Assembly (NCBI GenBank): GCA_038212275.1
Contig: JBBQUR010000014.1
Coordinates: forward strand, 32,001 to 96,000
Length of the DNA: 64,000 bases
Origin: Planctomycetota bacterium
Lineage (GTDB): Bacteria; Planctomycetota; B15-G4
Direction of reading: 5' to 3'
How positions within the stretch are numbered: the stretch's first letter is position 1; every line of letters begins with the position of its first letter. Positions 27,264 to 36,986 of the stretch are shown here, in pieces. The position numbers and the translations under genes are program-made. The notes under the pieces are model-generated. The model did not search any database, was not told the origin of the DNA, and saw only the letters and a program-made list of their open reading frames with translations.

Positions 27264-28219
27264 CCGGAGTGTCGCGCCAGCAGTTCCCGGATGCGGATCT
27301 TCACGGCGACATCCGTCGACGCCGTCAGCGGTTCGACCGCAGCCTGCAGGTCGGCAGCGGACAGCCCCGGCGCGATCACCTCCAGGCTTTCCAGCGCGGC
27401 GAGCACGACGGCCGAGTCGTTCTCCCGCGCCAGCACGCCACCGACGAGCGCGAGCCCGTTGTCGGGATGCAGGTAGCGCGCGGAGCGCAAGGCCTCCTCG
27501 CGCACGACCGGATACGGATCGGACGCAGCGTGCAGCGTGACGAGCACCAGCGCATGACGCAGGCTCGGCACCATGCCGTCGCCGAAGATCTTGCCGAGCT
27601 TGTCGCCTTCCCCGAAGCGCGCCTTGCGTGACAGCGCCTGCGTCAGCACGACCTCGGACATGGCCACCGCGATCTCGGGCACCTCCGTCGGCGCGTGGAA
27701 GTTCGCGAGCCAGAGCGCAAGCTCGAGCGTCTCGGCGGAGTAGACGGGCGCTCCGGGCGGTGCCCCCAGCACGGTGGCGCCATCGGCCTGCGCGGACGCC
27801 ACCGCCAGCCCGGCCGCAACGTCGTCCGCTTCGACGATGAGCTCCTCGAGGCGCTGCGTGCGCTTGTTGAAATCCGGCTTTTCCAGCGTGTCGACGCGGA
27901 AGGGCTCGACTGGCAGATAGGCCGCCAGCAGCCAGGCCGAACGCAGTGCGTCGGCGCGCACCATCGAGGACGGATTCTTCAGCACGAGGCGGAGCAGGTC
28001 CGGCTCGGCCAGCAGTCGGGTCTCGTCGCCCTCGTTCTGCTGCCCGAGACCCTGCACCGCGACGATCATGCGCTCGAAGGAGTCCTTCGGCATCTCGCCG
28101 AGGCGCCACTGGCCATCGATGGTGATGATCTCCTTCCGCATCTCGGAGGGAGAGGTGCACGCCGCCAGGCCTCCCGCCAACAGGCACAGGCACAGCAGCG
28201 ACGTCCGCACTCGGCGCAT
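27260..28219 (-). CDS. hypothetical lipoprotein with HEAT-like repeats
   Basis: Lipobox LAAC; helical repeats such as SSMVRADALRS and DPYPVVREEALRS. Confidence 0.7.
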   Translation of the reverse strand: MRRVRTSLLCLCLLAGGLAACTSPSEMRKEIITIDGQWRLGEMPKDSFERMIVAVQGLGQQNEGDETRLLAEPDLLRLVLKNPSSMVRADALRSAWLLAAYLPVEPFRVDTLEKPDFNKRTQRLEELIVEADDVAAGLAVASAQADGATVLGAPPGAPVYSAETLELALWLANFHAPTEVPEIAVAMSEVVLTQALSRKARFGEGDKLGKIFGDGMVPSLRHALVLVTLHAASDPYPVVREEALRSARYLHPDNGLALVGGVLARENDSAVVLAALESLEVIAPGLSAADLQAAVEPLTASTDVAVKIRIRELLARHSG

Positions 28220-28403
28220 GAAGACTTCCAGGGTTGAGGGGCGTGCCGACCGGAGCGGGCGGATCGATGCAAGGCGTATCGGCCGCAGCCGATCGGGGGA
28301 GACACCACGAGGCCCGGGGATTATCAGGGTCCGCTTGCTGCCATCAAGGCCGACGAGCCCGGCCCGGGCGACTTCGGATCGCGGGCGACGGGCGGAGACA
28401 TCG

Positions 28404-28761
28404 TGGTGGAGGCGGCGGGAATCGAACCCGCGTCCCAAAGCGCCCCTGCTCAGGCCTCTACGTGCATAGTCGGTCTACGTACTGCGTCGCAGCGAGGCCC
28501 CCCGGCCGACAGGGTCCTCTTCGCCGCCAGCTCGATTGATCTCGCCATGGCCCTCCGAGCAGAAGGACTTCCGGCCAGCCCACTGATGTCGTCTCTCCGG
28601 TCCCGTGGGCGAGGTCCGGAGAGACGGGTTACCTGGTTCTCAGGCAGCCAGAGCGTAACTGTTGTTGGCAGTTATCATTTTCCAGGGGTTTTACGAGGCC
28701 TCCTGGAACCTCGGCACGCCACCTGGGCAGGACGGCCACTCGGTCGAAACCGATCGCCCCC
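28404..28761 (-). ncRNA. ssrA: tmRNA; tag peptide (A)ANNSYALAA
   Basis: 5' GGGGGCG pairs with 3' CGCCTCC-ACCA including a G3-U pair; T-arm GGTTCGATTCC; tag frame GCC AAC AAC AGT TAC GCT CTG GCT GCC TGA (28669-28640); adjacent to smpB. Confidence 0.95.
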
Positions 28762-28781
28762 CATGCACGAATGACGCTCGC

Positions 28782-28790
28782 AGGATAGCA
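28782..28790 (-). promoter_or_regulatory. candidate extended -10 promoter for ssrA
   Basis: TGcTATCCT about 20 nt upstream of the mature 5' end. Confidence 0.4.
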
Positions 28791-28833
28791 CGCTGTGCCG
28801 ACACGGCGCGCGGAGGCACGCGGCGGCCTGCGC

Positions 28834-29307
28834 TCAGCGGCGCTCGCGCCCCACGCGGTCGATGTCGCGCTGCGCCTCGCGCCGCTTGATGGCCTCGCGC
28901 TTGTCGCCCTTCCTGAGCCCCTTGGCCACGGCCACTTCGAGCTTGGCCCACGGCCCCTTGAAGTACACGGAGAGCGGAATGAGCGTCAGGCCCTTCTCCT
29001 TCTTGATGCGGGCCTCGAGCTTGCGGATCTCCAGCCGGTTGAGCAGCAGGAGGCGGTCGCGCCGCGTTGGCAGCGCCGCGCTCGAGTCGTGGCTGTAGGG
29101 CGAGATCTCGAGGTTGCAGACCGTCGGCCGGCCACCCCGCAGCGCGACGTAGGCATCCGTGAGGTTGCCCTTGCCTTCGCGGAGCGCCTTGGCCTCGGAG
29201 CCCGTCAGCACCATGCCGAGTTCGTAGTGCTCCAGCAGTTCGTAGTCGAATCGAGCCTTGCGGTTCACGCAGACCGTCTTGAGGCTTTGAGGCTTGCGCT
29301 GGCTCAT
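28834..29307 (-). CDS. smpB: SsrA-binding protein
   Basis: NRKARFDY, GMVLTGSEAK.LR, GLTLIPL.VYFK, DKREAIK. Confidence 0.95.
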   Translation of the reverse strand: MSQRKPQSLKTVCVNRKARFDYELLEHYELGMVLTGSEAKALREGKGNLTDAYVALRGGRPTVCNLEISPYSHDSSAALPTRRDRLLLLNRLEIRKLEARIKKEKGLTLIPLSVYFKGPWAKLEVAVAKGLRKGDKREAIKRREAQRDIDRVGRERR

Positions 29308-29389
29308 CGCGTGCATTGTGAGGGGCCTTGTCCGAACAGCAAGGGGCCACCCCGCCCGGTCTTCGCTCCACGAAGCGCCGTCCCGACCC

Positions 29390-29417
29390 TTGCGTCCGGC
29401 AGACCGCTGCCTACAAT
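29390..29417 (+). promoter_or_regulatory. candidate sigma70 promoter for tRNA-Leu(CAG)
   Basis: TTGCGT-N16-TACAAT. Confidence 0.45.
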
Positions 29418-29433
29418 CCCTCCCCGCTTCCGT

Positions 29434-29520
29434 GCCGAAGTGGCGGAATTGGCAGACGCGCTAGATTCAGGGTCTAGTTGTGGCAACACAGTGGGGGTTC
29501 AAGTCCCCCCTTCGGCACCA
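29434..29520 (+). tRNA. tRNA-Leu(CAG)
   Basis: GCCGAAG/CTTCGGC acceptor, ACCA, anticodon arm CTAGA-TTCAGGG-TCTAG, long variable arm. Confidence 0.95.
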
Positions 29521-29606
29521 GCCGCTCGCGCACGAGGCGCAGCGGCCACGCGCGGCGACTCGCTGCGCACACGGCAGATCGCAGCGCGGCCCGCGCTGCG
29601 GAGGCC

Positions 29607-31325
29607 TCAGCGCGCAGGCGCCCCCGCCGGGCTGCCGGCCTTCGCCCGGTCGGCCTCGGCCCGCTCGGCCTCGGCAGCGCTCAGGCACTGCTCGAGCATC
29701 TGCTCCGTGCCCGGACGGGCGTGTCCCGTCTCGAGGGCGCGCAGGAAGAGCTGGCTCGCTTCCCTCCAGCGCTGCTCGGCCGCATGCCACTGGGCGATGT
29801 TCTCCAGCACGGCGGGTTCCTTCCCATGGCGCTGCAGCAGGCGGTCGGCAGCGATGAAGGCGTCGTCGCGCCTCTGCAGCATCGCCAGAGACAGGAAGCG
29901 ATTGAGCTCGGCCTGAGTCTGGCCAGGCTGCAGCGTCAGCGCGGCGTCGAAGGCGGCCAGCGCAGCCAGGCCCAGGTGCCTCGCCAGGATCGGATCGTCC
30001 GCGTCCCGTTGCTGCTCGAGCAGCGCGACACCCAGGTGATTCCACAGGTTCGGCGAGCGCGGCGCTGCCGCGAGACCGGCTCGCGCGAAGGCCTCGTCGG
30101 AACTCCACGCGAGCGACGCCTGGTTGGCCAGCACGCCGAGGGGCACCGCGAGCGCCACGGCGAGCGCAGCGCCGAGCAGCGGCCGACGTGCCAGCGGCCG
30201 GCGCAGCAACCAGCCGACCAGCACGGCCGGTCCCGCCAGCGCCGCGTACAGGTAGCGATCGTAGAGAGGCGCGGCGACCTCGGCATATCCCGTCGGGAAG
30301 CGCTTCCACGGCGCGAGCATCACCATCGTGCCCAGCAGCAGCAGCAGCGCGAACCCCGGCACGAGAGCGTGCTGACGCCAGGCGCTCAGCGTCAGCGCCG
30401 AGAGCAGCAGCAGCACGACGACTCCAGGCAGCAAGAGAGTCGAAGACCATGCGCCGACCTCCGCAACCGGATGGATCGGAGTGGCCGGCCCGGGCAGCAG
30501 CAGCAGGCGCAGCATGTCGGGCAGGATCGAGAGCCACGTGTACCAGCGCGCAAGGTCCGACTGCGGTCCGGTGTAGGCGCCCGGCTGCAGCGTGCCGTGG
30601 AAGAGCGCACCTCGCAGCATGGCGTAGGCCAGCAGCGCCAGGCCTGCAACCAGCGCGCCGCGTCGAGCGCCGCGTCCGGCAAGCATGGACAGCGGCCATG
30701 CCAGCAGCACGAAGAGCACGGCCGATTCCTTGCACAGCAGAGCCGCCAGAAGCAGCAGCACGGCCGCGAGGGCCGAGGCCTTCCCGCGCCCGTCGGCCTG
30801 CCCGTCGGCCAGTCCCGCAGCAGGCCTCCTCAGCACGGCGAGGAGCCCGCCGAAGCCGAACAGCGTGGCAGCGAGATCGCCGCGTCCCGAGATCCACGCC
30901 ACCGACTCGGCGTGCACCGGATGCGTCGCGAAGAGCGCTGCCGCCACGAGGGCGGCAGCTTCGGGCAGGCCGAGGACAAGCAACAGGCGGAAGAGCATCA
31001 ACGTGGCGGCCGCGTGCAATGCCAGGTTGACGAGGTGAGCGAACCACGTCGCCGCCACGGGATCCCAGCCCGTGAGCACCATGTCCGCTCGGTCGCTCAG
31101 CAGCACCAGCGGGCGCCAGAAACCCGTCTGCCCCAGCGGCTCGTCCGGCGTGCCGAACAGATCCGCACGCAGCAGCACGCCAAGGCCGACCCCGGGGGTG
31201 CCTGCGAGGCTGCCGTATCCGCGCAGGTTCACGTCGTCGTGGACAAGCGGTGCGTGGCGCGTGCCCGCGAACGGCAGCACCGCGCACAGCAGCAGCAGTC
31301 CGAGGCTCCAGCGTCCCAAGCTCAT
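29607..31325 (-). CDS. TMTC-like GT-C membrane glycosyltransferase with C-terminal TPRs
   Basis: HDD after TM1, FWRPL, HLVNLALH, LFATHPVHAESVAWISGR, CKES, DRYLY, then TPR helices. Confidence 0.82.
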   Translation of the reverse strand: MSLGRWSLGLLLLCAVLPFAGTRHAPLVHDDVNLRGYGSLAGTPGVGLGVLLRADLFGTPDEPLGQTGFWRPLVLLSDRADMVLTGWDPVAATWFAHLVNLALHAAATLMLFRLLLVLGLPEAAALVAAALFATHPVHAESVAWISGRGDLAATLFGFGGLLAVLRRPAAGLADGQADGRGKASALAAVLLLLAALLCKESAVLFVLLAWPLSMLAGRGARRGALVAGLALLAYAMLRGALFHGTLQPGAYTGPQSDLARWYTWLSILPDMLRLLLLPGPATPIHPVAEVGAWSSTLLLPGVVVLLLLSALTLSAWRQHALVPGFALLLLLGTMVMLAPWKRFPTGYAEVAAPLYDRYLYAALAGPAVLVGWLLRRPLARRPLLGAALAVALAVPLGVLANQASLAWSSDEAFARAGLAAAPRSPNLWNHLGVALLEQQRDADDPILARHLGLAALAAFDAALTLQPGQTQAELNRFLSLAMLQRRDDAFIAADRLLQRHGKEPAVLENIAQWHAAEQRWREASQLFLRALETGHARPGTEQMLEQCLSAAEAERAEADRAKAGSPAGAPAR

Positions 31326-31491
31326 GTCTCCGCCGAGTCGTCCGGCGCGGCATCATCCGGGGACGGCCCTCGCGACGCACGCCTTCTCCGTGACCGTCGG
31401 GCGCCGGCCTCGCGGGCCGGAACGCCGGCGCCGCAGACCCGCCGCACGACGTGCTGTTGCCCGGTCCGCGGGCCGAGTCTAACGTGAGGAG

Positions 31492-32511
31492 ATGCTGCGA
31501 TGGCTGCTCGTTCGTCTCCGTTCCCGTGGCACCCTCCTCGGGCTGCTCGCACTGCTCACTCCGCTCGGCTCGATCCGGGCGCAGGACGTACCACCCGCCC
31601 TGCCAGGCGAGGTGCTGAGCGAGCCGGCCAGTTCCACGGCACCCGATGCGACGACTCCTGCAGCCAGGCCCGCACCGACCCCGCGCGAGCTCGGCGAGAA
31701 GGTGCTCGACCACGCGGCGACGTTCCAGCGTGGCGACGTGCCGCAGGCGACACCAGCCTCGCTGCACGGGCGCTTCAGCGTCGGCCTGCGCGACAAGGAC
31801 GGGTCGATGATCCGCGCCCTCGCCGAGCGCTGGTTCACCACGACACCCGAGCGCATGTACACCCACCGCACGGAAGCTCTGACCGGCTCCGCATCAGGCG
31901 TCGGCTGGAACGGCAGCAAGGCCTGGTTCCGCGACGACATCGACAAGCGCGTCATCCTCTACACCGACGCGCCCGACACCTTCTCGGTGGACCTCGACCT
32001 GCTGCACGAGCAGGTGCGTCTCACGCGCCTGCTGCTCACGGCCTCCGTGATGGACGCCTTGCGGCCGCGCCTCACGGACATCGCCGCCGCGGGCACGCGC
32101 GACGTGACCGACCTCGACGGCGCCCGGCACGCAACGGACGTCGTCAGCGCACGCATCGTCGACGACTTCTACCCGCCGCCGACCGGCGGGCCCCCACCGA
32201 TGCCCGGCGCACCGCCGCGGCAGCTCGAGCTGCTCTTCGCCATCGACCACGAGACGGGCGCGCTGCGCGAGCTGAAGGTGACGGCGCTCGGCCGTACGGA
32301 TGTCGCACCCCAGCGGCTCAGCTTCGACTTCCACGGGCCGACCAGTTCCGGCCTGCGCGTGCCCGGCAACATCCGCGTCTTCACGGAGGGAGAGACGCAG
32401 GAGTCTCTCAACCTCGGTGTCGAGGAGCGCGACGGCCTGCTGCTCTTCGACATCAACGCGCCGATCGACGCCGCGATCTTCGACCCGCCCGCGCCCGAGC
32501 CCGCGAAATAG
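31492..32511 (+). CDS. hypothetical exported protein (possibly LolA-like beta fold)
   Basis: Signal peptide ending IRA-QD; beta-rich body with GWNGSKAW; coding-like codon bias. Confidence 0.6.
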   Translation: MLRWLLVRLRSRGTLLGLLALLTPLGSIRAQDVPPALPGEVLSEPASSTAPDATTPAARPAPTPRELGEKVLDHAATFQRGDVPQATPASLHGRFSVGLRDKDGSMIRALAERWFTTTPERMYTHRTEALTGSASGVGWNGSKAWFRDDIDKRVILYTDAPDTFSVDLDLLHEQVRLTRLLLTASVMDALRPRLTDIAAAGTRDVTDLDGARHATDVVSARIVDDFYPPPTGGPPPMPGAPPRQLELLFAIDHETGALRELKVTALGRTDVAPQRLSFDFHGPTSSGLRVPGNIRVFTEGETQESLNLGVEERDGLLLFDINAPIDAAIFDPPAPEPAK

Positions 32512-32518
32512 CGGCGAC

Positions 32519-34327
32519 TCAGAATCCGCTGCGCTTGAAGAGGCGCTCGAGTTCCGTGCGGCCGATCGCGAGGCGCGTCGGCCGCCCGTGTGGGCAGGTC
32601 GCGTCGTGCTCGAGTTCCTCGCCCTGGCGCAGCAGCGCCTGCATGTCGGGAGCGGACAGCGGATCACCGGCCTTGATCGCGGCATGGCAGGCCATCGTGA
32701 ACAGGCGGCGATCGAGACCGTGCGGGATGCCGCCATGCACGTCGGGCGGCTCGACGAGCGCCATGAGCAGGTCGCCGAGCGACTCCTGGCGCAGCACCGC
32801 CGGGATGGCGTGGATGGCGAGCGTGTCCGGCCCGAACTCGGCGATGGACAGGCCCAGCGACTCCAGCGTGTCGCTTAGCTCAAGCGCGCGCGCGTGCAGC
32901 GCGGGCGGCAGCCGCACGGTCTCGGGCAGCAGCAGGCGCTGGCTCGGAAGGCGCCCTTCGGCGAGCGCCGCCTGCAGGCGCGAGTAGAGGATGCGCTCGT
33001 GCAGCGCGTGCTGGTCCACCAGCACGAGGCCGGTGTCGCTGGCGTGCACGATGTACGTGTCGAGGACCTGCACGCACGGCACGGCGCTGCGCCCCGCGCC
33101 CAGTGAGGGCAGGACCTGCGTCTCGGCAACCGCGCTGGAGCCGACCGGCGCGGAGCCGGCATGCAGGCCGTCGTGCCGTCCGTCCTGCGGAGCGACGTGC
33201 GCCTCGTCGCCCACCGCGCGCTCGTCTTCCGCGGCGGGCCACGGGCGCTCCTTGCGAGGCAGCTGGCCGAAGGGGACGGCGCCTGCCGCGGCTCCGTCCA
33301 GCGTGACGCGCGGCGTCAGGTCGCAGGCAAGCAGCGCACTGCGGCACGCGCCGCGCACCAGGGAGAACAATGCATCGCCGTCGCGGAAGCGCACTTCGGC
33401 CTTGGTCGGATGCACGTTCACGTCGACGCGCTGCGGATCGACCGTGAGCGAGAGCACCCAGCTCGGCTGCAGCGAACCGGGCAGGAAGTCCTTGCAGCCG
33501 GAGCGCACGGCAGCCATCACGGCGCGGTCGCGCACGAGCCGCCCGTTCACGAAGAGCTGCTGGCAGCGCGGCCGCGGACGCGCGAACGACGGCAGCGAGA
33601 GCAGACCCTCGACGGCCAGGCCTTCGACGCGGCCTGCGAGCGGCACCAGCTCGCGCCGGAAGTCGTCGCCCCAGACGACGGCGACGCGGTCGGCCAGCGT
33701 GCCCGTGCCGGTGGCGGTGAAGCGCACGCGCCCGTCGTTCTCGAAGCGCAGCCGCAGGCCCGGATGCACGAGCGAGAGCGCCGCGCAGACCTCGCGACAG
33801 CGCGCGGCCTCCGTCATGGCGGCGCCCAGGAAGCGCCGGCGCGCGGGCGTGTTGAAGAAAAGGTCCCGCACCTCCACGACGGTGCCGCGGGCGAGCGATG
33901 CCGCGACCGGTTCCTCGGGCACGCCGGCCGTCACGTCGAGTCGGCGGCCGGCAGGCTCCTCCGCGGTGCGTGAAAGCACGCGCAGGCGGGACACGGCCGC
34001 GATGCTGGAGAGCGCCTCGCCGCGGAAGCCGAAGCTCGCGATGTGGAAGAGGTCGTCGACATCGTGCAGCTTGCTCGTGGCGTGCGCAGCCACCGCGAGC
34101 GGCAGCTCTGCCGGCGTGATGCCGCCGCCGTTGTCGGCAACGCGAATGAGTGACAGGCCCCCGCCGTCCACCGTGACCGAGATCTCGGTGGCCCCCGCAT
34201 CGAGTGCGTTCTCGAGCAGTTCCTTGACCACGGAAGCCGGCCGCTCCACGACCTCGCCCGCGGCAATGCGGTCGATGACGTCCTTGGGCAGGCTGCGGAT
34301 GCGCGAGGCCTCGCCGGGCGACGTCAT
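32519..34327 (-). CDS. mutL: DNA mismatch repair endonuclease MutL
   Basis: IAAGEVVERPASVVKELLENALDAGA, HATSK, SFGFRGEAL, VDVNVHPTK, DQHALHER, CPHGRP. Confidence 0.95.
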   Translation of the reverse strand: MTSPGEASRIRSLPKDVIDRIAAGEVVERPASVVKELLENALDAGATEISVTVDGGGLSLIRVADNGGGITPAELPLAVAAHATSKLHDVDDLFHIASFGFRGEALSSIAAVSRLRVLSRTAEEPAGRRLDVTAGVPEEPVAASLARGTVVEVRDLFFNTPARRRFLGAAMTEAARCREVCAALSLVHPGLRLRFENDGRVRFTATGTGTLADRVAVVWGDDFRRELVPLAGRVEGLAVEGLLSLPSFARPRPRCQQLFVNGRLVRDRAVMAAVRSGCKDFLPGSLQPSWVLSLTVDPQRVDVNVHPTKAEVRFRDGDALFSLVRGACRSALLACDLTPRVTLDGAAAGAVPFGQLPRKERPWPAAEDERAVGDEAHVAPQDGRHDGLHAGSAPVGSSAVAETQVLPSLGAGRSAVPCVQVLDTYIVHASDTGLVLVDQHALHERILYSRLQAALAEGRLPSQRLLLPETVRLPPALHARALELSDTLESLGLSIAEFGPDTLAIHAIPAVLRQESLGDLLMALVEPPDVHGGIPHGLDRRLFTMACHAAIKAGDPLSAPDMQALLRQGEELEHDATCPHGRPTRLAIGRTELERLFKRSGF

Positions 34328-35511
34328 CGCGGGCGGCCCGACGTCGCGCGGTCCGGTCGCCGGCCGGCGGCGGCCGCCGGCGCGAGCACCCGGCACAGCC
34401 GCACGGTGAGCGCATGCAGCGACAGCCCCGTGCCATCGCGCAGCGCACGCATCCCGGTCAGCGCAAGGTCGAAGGCCGCTCGCGCGCCGTCGGGCGACAG
34501 GGCCTTGGCGTCGCGCTCGAGGAAGACGCGCGCCCCGCCGCCGCCGAAGATGGCCGACAACGCCTCGGCGTGCTCGGCACGGCGTTCCCACGGCTTGGCG
34601 AGCAGCGCCGCGCGGAGCTCGGGGTTCAGCTTCTCGTGCACCTCGAGCACGCGCGCGAGGTTCGCGGTGACGCGTCGCAGGATGCTGTCCACGGCCAGGT
34701 CGCCCGACACCAGGCGTCCGCCGTGATCCATGACGCCGATGAGCAGCATCTGATCGAGCCTGTCGAGCGCGTGCGTGACGTCGCCGGCGCGCAACGCGTC
34801 CTCGTAGAGCGAGAGCAGGCGCGCACTGGTGCGACGCACGTGGTCGCGCACGTCGGCGAGCGTGAGCGTGCGGTCGCGTCCGAGCAGCACGACGAGCTGC
34901 TCCAGCTTGCGCGAGAGCGCTGCGGGCTCGTTGCCGATGCGCTGGCCCAGCTCGTCGGCGACGGCGAGGTCCACGCGCAGGCCGAAGTTCGCGGCCTCCG
35001 CGCGGATCCACTGGTTCAGCTCGGTGTCGTTGGTCGCGGGACCGCTCTGCCAAGGGGGCGGGCTGTCGCGCAGGGGCGGCAGGCTGATGACGCCGCCGAC
35101 CTCCTTGAGGCGCTTCGCGAGTCGCGAGCGGCCATCGAGGGCGTCCACCGTGAGCAGCAGGCGATGCGGCGGCGCGGGGCCGTCGAGGATCGCCTCGCAG
35201 GTCGTGCCGCGCGTACCACCGAGCAAGCCGTCCGCGCCGCGCGCCACGATGAGCCGTTGACCGCCGAAAAGCGTCGCGGTGCGCCAGAGGTCGAGCAGCC
35301 GAAGCCCGGCGGCCGCGTCGGATTCTCCGGCACGCGGAGCGAAGGACTCGCCCTGGCCGCCCGCGGCGGCGAGCGCCGTGTCGATCAGGCGTTCCTTCAG
35401 GAAGCCATCCTCGCCCGCGATGACGAGCAGCACCGGCAGCGGACCGCTGCGCAGCCGCTCCTGCGCGGCCGCCGCGATCTCGAGGAAACTCGATGGCCCC
35501 TTGCCCTTCAT
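34324..35511 (-). CDS. holA: DNA polymerase III delta subunit-like protein
   Basis: LVIAGEDGFL, TATLFGGQRLIV, LDGRSRL.K, L.QWI, L..KLEQL pattern typical of HolA. Confidence 0.7.
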   Translation of the reverse strand: MKGKGPSSFLEIAAAAQERLRSGPLPVLLVIAGEDGFLKERLIDTALAAAGGQGESFAPRAGESDAAAGLRLLDLWRTATLFGGQRLIVARGADGLLGGTRGTTCEAILDGPAPPHRLLLTVDALDGRSRLAKRLKEVGGVISLPPLRDSPPPWQSGPATNDTELNQWIRAEAANFGLRVDLAVADELGQRIGNEPAALSRKLEQLVVLLGRDRTLTLADVRDHVRRTSARLLSLYEDALRAGDVTHALDRLDQMLLIGVMDHGGRLVSGDLAVDSILRRVTANLARVLEVHEKLNPELRAALLAKPWERRAEHAEALSAIFGGGGARVFLERDAKALSPDGARAAFDLALTGMRALRDGTGLSLHALTVRLCRVLAPAAAAGRRPDRATSGRPR

Positions 35512-36380
35512 CGCCACAGCATGTCCGCTCCGACGAGTGCCGCGAAGGCCAGGCTCACGACGCCATTGAGCGTGAAGAAGGCTGCATTCACGCGCGAGAG
35601 GTCGCCGCCGCGCACCAGCCCGTGCTCGACGCACAACAAGGTCGCGACGAGGGCGATGGCCAGCCACGTCATCGCGCCGAGGCCGGCCATCGCGGCAAGC
35701 ACGCACAGAGCCAGCAGCATGCCGGCGTGCAGGCCGCGGGCCAGCAGCAGCGCGCGCCCGACGCCCCAGCGCGCGGGCAGCGAGTGAAGTCCCTCGCGGC
35801 GGTCGTGGTCCACGTCCTGGCAGGCGTAGATCACGTCGAAGCCCGAGACCCAGCAGAGCACGGCGAGGCCGAGCAGCAGCACGAGCCGCGCATCGGCATC
35901 GACGGAGCCGCGCGAGGCGAGATAGGCGGCCGGCGGCGCGAGCGCGAGCGCGAGTCCGAGGGCAAGGTGCGAGAGATTCGAGAAGCGCTTGACGAGCGAG
36001 TAGCCGAGCAGCACGACGAGCACCGCGGGCGCGACCAGCAGGCAGGCGCGGTTGAGGCTGGCGGCCACGCCCAGGAAGCCGAGCGCGCACACCGCCGTGA
36101 ACACGGCCATGCCGCGGGGTGAGGCTCGCCCTGCCGGCAGTGCCCGACCGCGTGTGCGCGGATTGGTCGCGTCGAAGCGCGCGTCGACGAGGCGGTTCCA
36201 GCCCATCGCCGCCGAGCGCGCGAACACCATCGCGAGCACCACCTTGAGGAGCAGCAGGCCGTCGGGCAGCGTGCCGCGCGTGCCGATGAGCAGGCCCAGC
36301 ATCGCGAAGGGCAGCGCGAAGATCGAGTGACCCAGGCGGATGTCGCCGAGGATCGCCGGCAGCTGTGCCAGCGCGTTCAC
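35508..36380 (-). CDS. UbiA-family prenyltransferase (MqnP/ubiA-like)
   Basis: HSIFALPFA, ARSAAMGWNRLVD..D..NPRT..R.LP, YSLVKRF, GFDVIYACQD..HDR..GLHS. Confidence 0.9.
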   Translation of the reverse strand: MNALAQLPAILGDIRLGHSIFALPFAMLGLLIGTRGTLPDGLLLLKVVLAMVFARSAAMGWNRLVDARFDATNPRTRGRALPAGRASPRGMAVFTAVCALGFLGVAASLNRACLLVAPAVLVVLLGYSLVKRFSNLSHLALGLALALAPPAAYLASRGSVDADARLVLLLGLAVLCWVSGFDVIYACQDVDHDRREGLHSLPARWGVGRALLLARGLHAGMLLALCVLAAMAGLGAMTWLAIALVATLLCVEHGLVRGGDLSRVNAAFFTLNGVVSLAFAALVGADMLWR

Positions 36381-36979
36381 GAGGCGTCCCCTTCGTCGCC
36401 GGGCGGTCCGCGCCAGGGATGTCGCAGCGGCAGGTCGATACGGGCCGCCTGCAGCGCCCGGTCCACGACGAACTCGATCAGATCCTCCACGCCCGTCGGA
36501 CGGAAGTAGAACGCAGGCATCGCGGGCACGATGGAGACGCCGAGTTCGGAGAGCTTGTACAGGTTGCGCAGGTGCAGCGTGGAGCACGGCGTCTCGCGCG
36601 GCACGAGCACGAGAGGACGGCGCTCCTTCAGCATGACGTCGGCGGCGCGCTCGATGAGCACGCTCGACACGCCCGCCAGGATCCGCGCCGCGGTCCCCAT
36701 CGAGCAAGGCACGACGAGCATCGCGTCGGCCGCGCTGCTCCCGCTGGCAGGAAGCGCCGCCAGATCCCGGTTGTCGAAGAAACGCGGGAGCCGGCCGCCC
36801 TTGCCGCGCAGGTATTCCGCAGGCTCGCCCGACAGGTCGTTTTCGATGGCGAGCACCCGCCGCGCCGCCGCGGAGAGGATGACCTGCGTCTCCACCTCGT
36901 GATCGAGCAGGCGTTGCACGAGCCGGACGCCGTAGATGGCGCCGGAGGCTCCCGTGATCGCGACGAGCACCGCGGTCAT
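36377..36979 (-). CDS. ubiX: flavin prenyltransferase
   Basis: AITGASG, ASGS, PCSMGT, RAADV.LKERR.LVLVPRETP, PAFY. Confidence 0.95.
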   Translation of the reverse strand: MTAVLVAITGASGAIYGVRLVQRLLDHEVETQVILSAAARRVLAIENDLSGEPAEYLRGKGGRLPRFFDNRDLAALPASGSSAADAMLVVPCSMGTAARILAGVSSVLIERAADVMLKERRPLVLVPRETPCSTLHLRNLYKLSELGVSIVPAMPAFYFRPTGVEDLIEFVVDRALQAARIDLPLRHPWRGPPGDEGDAS

Positions 36980-36986
36980 TGCCGGC

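Noticed and set aside
28220..28403. Island integrated at the tmRNA 3' end
   Set aside because: Downstream genes are chromosomal-type; no integrase or att duplication seen
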